A stretch of 63,701 bases of DNA, counting the filler, from Thraustochytrium aureum (lineage: Eukaryota), in the NCBI GenBank assembly GCA_012862495.1. It is 6 parts of 4 records of this genome, joined end to end, with 100 filler letters (N's around TTAATTAATTAA, not from the genome) between each part and the next. Parts side by side here need not be neighbours in the genome. Positions count along the whole stretch, not along the records: positions 53,172 to 61,329 come from BLSG01000377.1; positions 61,430 to 63,701 come from BLSG01000385.1; 4 more parts are not named here. The stretch is one strand, 5' to 3'. Below the pieces are notes generated by a model. That model was not told the origin of the DNA and did no database searches. It worked only from the letters and a program-made list of their open reading frames with translations. Of the stretch, positions 58,788-63,701 are shown piece after piece. A program made the translations under genes and the position numbers. How positions within the stretch are numbered: position 1 is the first letter of the stretch; each line of letters begins with the position of its first letter.

Positions 58788-60516
58788 ATGGAGGGCGCAG
58801 GCGTTGCTGTCGCACTCGCTGTTCCAGCCGTGATGATGGTCCAAGTCGCGATATTCTGCTACAAGAAGAGCAACCGCATGATCAAAATTCGAGGTGCGCG
58901 ACCCGCGGCTCTCACAGCAGTCACAACAGCCGGGCTAGTATCATTTGGCATACTTGGAGGCCTCGGCGACTCTATGCTTTCCTGCACAGCGTACGTCGCG
59001 TGGGGTACCGTGCCTGTCGCGCTCGTGTGGCAAGCATTTTTTGCATACTTGGTGAGATTTCAGGGCCTCTACCGCCGCAACAACTTTGCCGGGGACAAGC
59101 CAGCAGTGGGCGGGGTGATGCTCAAGCTTGTTGCCCTCTCCTTGCGCACAGTCGGAGGCAACGCCGCCGCAAGCGTACGGCGGCGCGCCATACTGGGCGC
59201 TTGCACCGCTTTTTTGCAATGCTCACGTTCATTTGGTACGCCATCACGGACCCGGACATTGGGGGGGCTGACAGCGGAGCCGCATCCTTCGAACGGTGCT
59301 CAACAGGGACATTCGCTGTTGCCGCGACGATGATCGGACTCGCGCTCCTCTACGTGCCGCTACTCAGTGGGGTGGTTATTGATGTCGCCATTCTTTCGAG
59401 CAAGGGGGACGCTCTTGGGCTCAAAAACATGCTGCGGCGCATGGCCGGGATCGCAGTGCTCTCCATGCTTGCGTTCAGCGTGTACGCTAGCCTTGCGCTC
59501 GCTGGGGTGGCCCCCACGCACTTGTTGTTTTCCACGCTGATTCCGTTCATCCTCCTGTTCCACTTCGTGCTCCTGACAGACCCCATTATTCGGGCGGCCA
59601 TTGACAGTGCCAAACAACGGCGTCTCCTCCTCAACAGTGGGCTCAGTCACACCGCGCTCCAATACACAAACCGAGGCAAGAACACTGTCATCCCGGAAGG
59701 CAAGGTCAGCACCACGGAGATTTTGACCTGCACTCGTACATCTTCACGGAGGAGGGGTTTCAAGTTCTCTCGGCGCACCTGAAAGAGGAACTTGGTCTCG
59801 AGACTCTCCTTTTCATCGTCGACGCCGTCAACTATGCGGTCCAGTTTGAGTCTCTGAATGACGTGGGAAGCCAGCTCTTCAAGAAAGTCAACAAGAACAT
59901 GTCTCGCGCGGGTGTCCGCGCCGCAAAAAGGGCGACAAACGTCAGTGCCTTGGCAGACATCGAGTCGACCGGCTTTCTTGATTTGGAGGCGTCCCACAAA
60001 CGCCTCCAGGCTGTTCGATTTAGCGAGAAGCGTCGGGGCAGCAGCATCATTCTCGAATCGCCTGCAGAGGAGCCCCGCCGGTCGTCTCAGGTGTTGTCTG
60101 GAGGAGACGCAGCGGAGGCGGGTGGCGCGCAAAGCACATACGCAGATGTGGAAATGATGATGACCCAATGCGTTGAGATTTATCTCAAGTACGTCTCTCC
60201 CAAGTCCGACATGCAGGTCAACCTGCCCGCCCGTCTTTTGAGCCGCTTCAAGGGCATTGACAAGGTTTTGCCCCACTCCCACACTGTCTCAAACTCAAAC
60301 CCACTGGACTCCGCAACTGGAGCGAACGCGTTCGAACCACATCCGTTTATCTTCAACGATTGCGTGCTCGAGGTGCTCACCATGTTCTACTATGACAGCT
60401 TCCAGCGCTTCCTTCGCAAGTCGGAGGGAAATCGTGATGCGTGGAATGCGTACATGGGCCGCTGCATTGAACTTGAAGAGCTGGAGTCCAACTTCGAGGA
60501 GATGGAAACGCAGTAG
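58788..60516 (+). CDS. Multi-pass (7TM-type) RGS protein; frameshifts ~59210 and ~59722
   Basis: Several hydrophobic helices after KKSNRMIKIRG. RGS box: EEGFQVLSAHLKEELGLETLLF...IYLKYVSPKSDMQVNLP...IFNDCVLEVLTMFYYDSFQRFL. Confidence 0.8.
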
Positions 60517-60647
60517 GTCTGCGGCAGCAACTGATGCTTCCACTCATATCGCGATTGGGTCGCGTTCGTGAGCCGGTAGAGCCTGTGCTGCTCTCCTCGA
60601 TATCGACGTTGCCGGACGTGCTCGGAAATTGCTCAGTGACATGAAAC

Positions 60648-60728
60648 GAGATCAAATTTATTCTTTTCGCGAACCGTCCCTGTACCAATGTGCTTTCGAA
60701 GACGCTCGGTCATGTGCATTTTCATCTC
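60648..60728 (-). promoter_or_regulatory. Candidate eukaryotic SECIS element in the 3' UTR of the Rdx-like gene
   Basis: Minus strand: GAGATGAAA..ATGAC CGAGCGTCTT CG AAA GCACATTGGTACA GGGACGGTTCG CGAA..TTTGATCTC. ATGA is at 60713-60710 and GA at 60668-60667, with a 10-bp helix II, apical AAA and a plausible helix I. Folded by eye. Confidence 0.6.
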
Positions 60729-60800
60729 GAGTCAGCTTGGCAACTCGTTGAGTTGAGAGTGGCTTTCAACTCGTTGCGTGGAGTGGGTCGGTCGGTCCAA

Positions 60801-61202
60801 TCACTCGCAGGGCGAGGTTTGACACTGGGTCGGCTCCGATTCGCAGAGGCACTCAGCGGCTGCTCCCGGCGAAACGCAGGTCGCCCGTTTTCTCGCTTTT
60901 AGCGCCTTGAGCAAGGCCGCCGCGACCTCGCCTTGATTTGGAAGTCTCCTGTGCTCTTTCCAGCTGTACAGGCGAGCTTCACGAGTCGTGCCATCGTCCG
61001 CCATCAGGTACACCTCAAACAGCGCGCTACCGTCGGCGCAGTCCTCCGCGCCGGGCTTTACGCCCCGCACTTTGATGTGCACGTCAGACAAGCCGCCTAG
61101 CTCGTCGCGAACGTCGGCAAAGTCGTGGTAGCCCACCTGCGCCCCGCATCACTTGTTGGGCCAAACGACGTGCACAAGAGCGCTCTCGCCCCGTTCACCC
61201 AT
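60801..61202 (-). CDS. Putative selenoprotein, Rdx (SelW/SelT/SelH-like) family; in-frame TGA at 61151-61149 read as Sec
   Basis: MGERGESALVHVVWPNK-U-CGAQVGYHDFADVRDELGG...GSALFEVYL...RLYSWKEHRRLPNQGEVAAALLKAL. The TGA falls at the SelW Sec position, and a SECIS-like hairpin lies downstream. The frame stays open upstream to the scaffold end (61329). Confidence 0.65.
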
Positions 61203-61329
61203 CACGAGAGCGTCCCAGTCCAGGCCGAGCGCGAGGTCTACGACGAGCCAGCCTTTTCGCCGCACCGGCAACCTCGCGCGAATCACCCCAATCCACGCCG
61301 CTCGAAACTGGATCTTCTCCGACGACGGC

Positions 61330-61429
61330 NNNNNNNNNNNNNNNNNNNNNNNNNNNNNNNNNNNNNNNNNNNNTTAATTAATTAANNNNNNNNNNNNNNN
61401 NNNNNNNNNNNNNNNNNNNNNNNNNNNNN
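61330..61429. other. Artificial scaffold-joining linker
   Basis: TTAATTAATTAA at 61374-61385 within N runs. Confidence 0.95.
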
Positions 61430-63701
61430 CTGGAGGTCGAACCCGCTGCAGTACTTGCCCAGGTACCTCCCGTTACCTACATCGCGGCGGCTGGCGTCAA
61501 AGCCAGCCGAGAGCAGGACGAGGTCGGGCTGGAACGAGCGCAACGCCGGGAGCAGCCGGTCCCGGATCACACGCCGAAACTCGGTTCGGCCAAAAGTGGT
61601 CAAAGTAGAACCGCTCTGCCCAGGACCGCCGACCGTCCACGTTCTTTCGGTACCCGCGCCGGCGCCACAGGGGCATCATCGGCGCGTTAATAATGTTGCC
61701 CACAGGGTCGTTGTACGCCCCGCTCCCTGGGTAAAACTCGTACGAGGATCCAGGCCTGTGCGCGTCGTAGACGTGCGACGAGAAGAACAGGATCGGCGGC
61801 GGCCCGTCGTTTGCCGCTTGGGCGCCGCCGCCCTCCTTGGCCAGACGAGCGCGCTCCTGCAGGGCCTCGCGGTTAAACTTGGCCACGATCTCCTCGGTGC
61901 CGTTGCCGTGATGCACGTCGAAATCGATGATCGCCACGCGCTTTACAGTCTCGGGGTAGTTGGCCATAGCGTGGAGCGCACCAACCATAACGTTGTTGAA
62001 GATGCAAAACCCGCACGAGCTCGCGGTCTCCAGAAGGCCGTTGATCCCCGCGTGGTGGCCCGGCGGGCGAACCACGCAAAACGCGTTGCGCTGCAGCTGG
62101 TTGACCACGCGGTCGATGGCATGACACACTGCGCCGCTTGCGCTGAGGGCGGCGTTGAGCGAGCCCGGCGAGAACGACGTGTCGCAGTGCTCCTCTTTCT
62201 TCAAGTTTTTCTCCTCGAACTTGAGAACCTTGCGCTGGACGAGCGGCGTGAAGGGCACCGCCGCCGTCTTCACGGTAGATTCTAGCGAGCACACGAAATC
62301 CACATAATCCTTGGCGTGCGCGCGCTCGAGCATCTCTGGCGAGGCCCGTTCAAAGTTGCTGCTGAGCGTCACTGCCTCCGGGTCGATCTTGGCGGCGATG
62401 CCCTCGAGGATCGCGTTGAGCCGCTCTGGGGCCTCCCAAATGTCCCGCCCGTCCTCGCCAAACGGGATGTGGTCAAAGCAGTCCGCATGGTGCAGCACGA
62501 GCGTCTTGAAGAACGGACTGGCCTTGTAAAAGAGCCGCTGGATCCCCTGCCGCACGTCCGAGGCGTGCTTGATCTTTTGCGCCTTGACCATTGCCGGGGT
62601 CCCGCTTCCAATTTGGCTCAGAGAGACGTTGACGCCTGCCAGCTCGAACGCGGTCTCCGCCTCGTTGTTCCTTATCACAAGCGTCGGGTGCGGCTTGCCT
62701 TCGTTTTCCGCTGATTCAGCGATGCGCGAAAGCGTGCGCTCCTTAGACAGCTTTCGCCGTTCACGGAGCTTGGCGGCGGCCGCAGCAGCTCGCGCGGTCT
62801 TGCTTTCCTCGCCGGGCTTGGCCTCCTCGGCCTCTTTCTTTTCCAAGAGGTGTCGCATCGCCTTGTCGCCGTCGGTCTCCTCGGCGTCGGCGACGGCAGC
62901 TCCATTGGGGGATTTCGCCGACTCGCTAGACCTGTTCTCGCCACTGGTTCCGCCGCCGCCACCGCCACCAAAAGTCTCCTGTCCGGCGGCCTCCGCTTTA
63001 ACCGTGCTCTTCATCTTTTGGCCAGTGGCAGCGTTTGAAGGGGTCAAGTACGACAGGAGGATTTCGCAGCACTTCATTCGGCCCTCGCGCGAGGCGAGGT
63101 GGAGCGGAGTGTTGCCGCCCTTGTTCTGAACGGCGATGTCATCGATAGTGTCGATGAGGTCGCGCAGGACCATGGCCTGGCCATGCAGCGCGGCCCAGTG
63201 CAGGCACGTGTTGCCCTTGCTGTCCACAATGTCTTTGCGGGCGCCGTTCGCCACCAGGTACCGGATCAAGTCGTGCTCGACCTTGTCCTCGTCACAAGAG
63301 ACGGCGATCATCAGCGGGCTGAACCCGTCCTTGCCACTGACGTGATTCAGCAGGTCGAGACGCCTGCAGGGGTCGCTGATGCCCTCCACAAGCGCCTTAA
63401 CGTCGGCCAAGGCGCCGTCTAGAATGGCGCGCCTGATCTTGATGTATTCTGACTCGAGGCCGCCAGCGGGGTCTGTGGCGGCGCCCACAGGGCCGCCCCC
63501 TGTCGACGCCCCCGCGGTCGTCGCGATCTGCTTGGTCATCGCTCCTTCTCGCGCTTCGCGCGTCGGCGGGGCCGGCGCCGGGGCGCCCAGCATCCCATCA
63601 GACGTGTCGACCAGCAGGCCGTTGCCAGACGGGATGCCGACGATGGACCCGGACCGCTCGAAGGTGGCAACTTCTTCTGCGCACACTTTGCGCGGCGAGA
63701 A
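61430..63701 (-). CDS. Ankyrin-repeat histone deacetylase (class II-like), partial at both ends; frameshift ~61660
   Basis: Ankyrin repeats (DGFSPLMIAV, KGNTCLHWAALHG, GGNTPLHLASREG). HDAC motifs: EAPERL, RPPGHHA, GFCIFNNV, IIDFDVHHGNGT, FYPGSG, FQPDLVLLSAGFDA. Confidence 0.9.

Noticed and set aside
61137..61152. 16-nt micro-intron GTGATGCGGGGCGCAG removing the in-frame TGA
   Set aside because: Removal would shift the frame and destroy the Rdx-like C-terminus. It has no branch point, and the other introns here are ~80-100 nt.
21412..61429. Recurrent TTAATTAATTAA palindrome (21456, 35894, 44162, 53116, 61374) as a biological motif
   Set aside because: It is always centred in exactly 44+44 N, which marks an artificial six-frame-stop linker. 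Gene neighbourhoods across these points are meaningless.
5613..61700. Euplotes-like programmed ribosomal frameshifting or insertional RNA editing
   Set aside because: The shifts go in both directions with no common slippery or stop motif and mostly sit at homopolymers. Sequencing error is more parsimonious.

Overview
GC-rich, gene-dense, intron-poor eukaryotic nuclear DNA. It has short GT-AG introns with CTGAC/CTAAC branch points, and the gene repertoire suggests a stramenopile, possibly a labyrinthulomycete/thraustochytrid (inference). The window is not one locus. Six unrelated scaffolds are joined by artificial 100-bp linkers (44 N + TTAATTAATTAA + 44 N), with many internal N gaps. About 25 genes are recognisable: NDUFA11/Tim17-family, Rab18, a PAPS transporter, twinfilin, a sulfatase, GNPTAB, a MaoC dehydratase, XRCC3, ASF1, an NDUFC2-like subunit, a CTL transporter, PDS5-like, a receptor-L protein, LEA_2, METTL21-like, a CNBD K+ channel with EF hands, an R2R3 Myb, GNL3/Nug1, a SEC14-DUF1336 fusion, a Cys-rich mucin-like protein, TPP2, a sulfotransferase, a 7TM-RGS and an ankyrin-HDAC. 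There are also two decayed genes. Many genes carry single-base frameshifts, mostly at homopolymers, which are probably sequencing errors. The best novel signal is a candidate selenoprotein that the ORF track misses (minus strand, 61202-60801). It has an Rdx/SelW-like fold, an in-frame TGA in an atypical W-P-N-K-U-C motif (PxxUC instead of CxxU), a Cys-rich tail and a SECIS-like hairpin in its 3' UTR.
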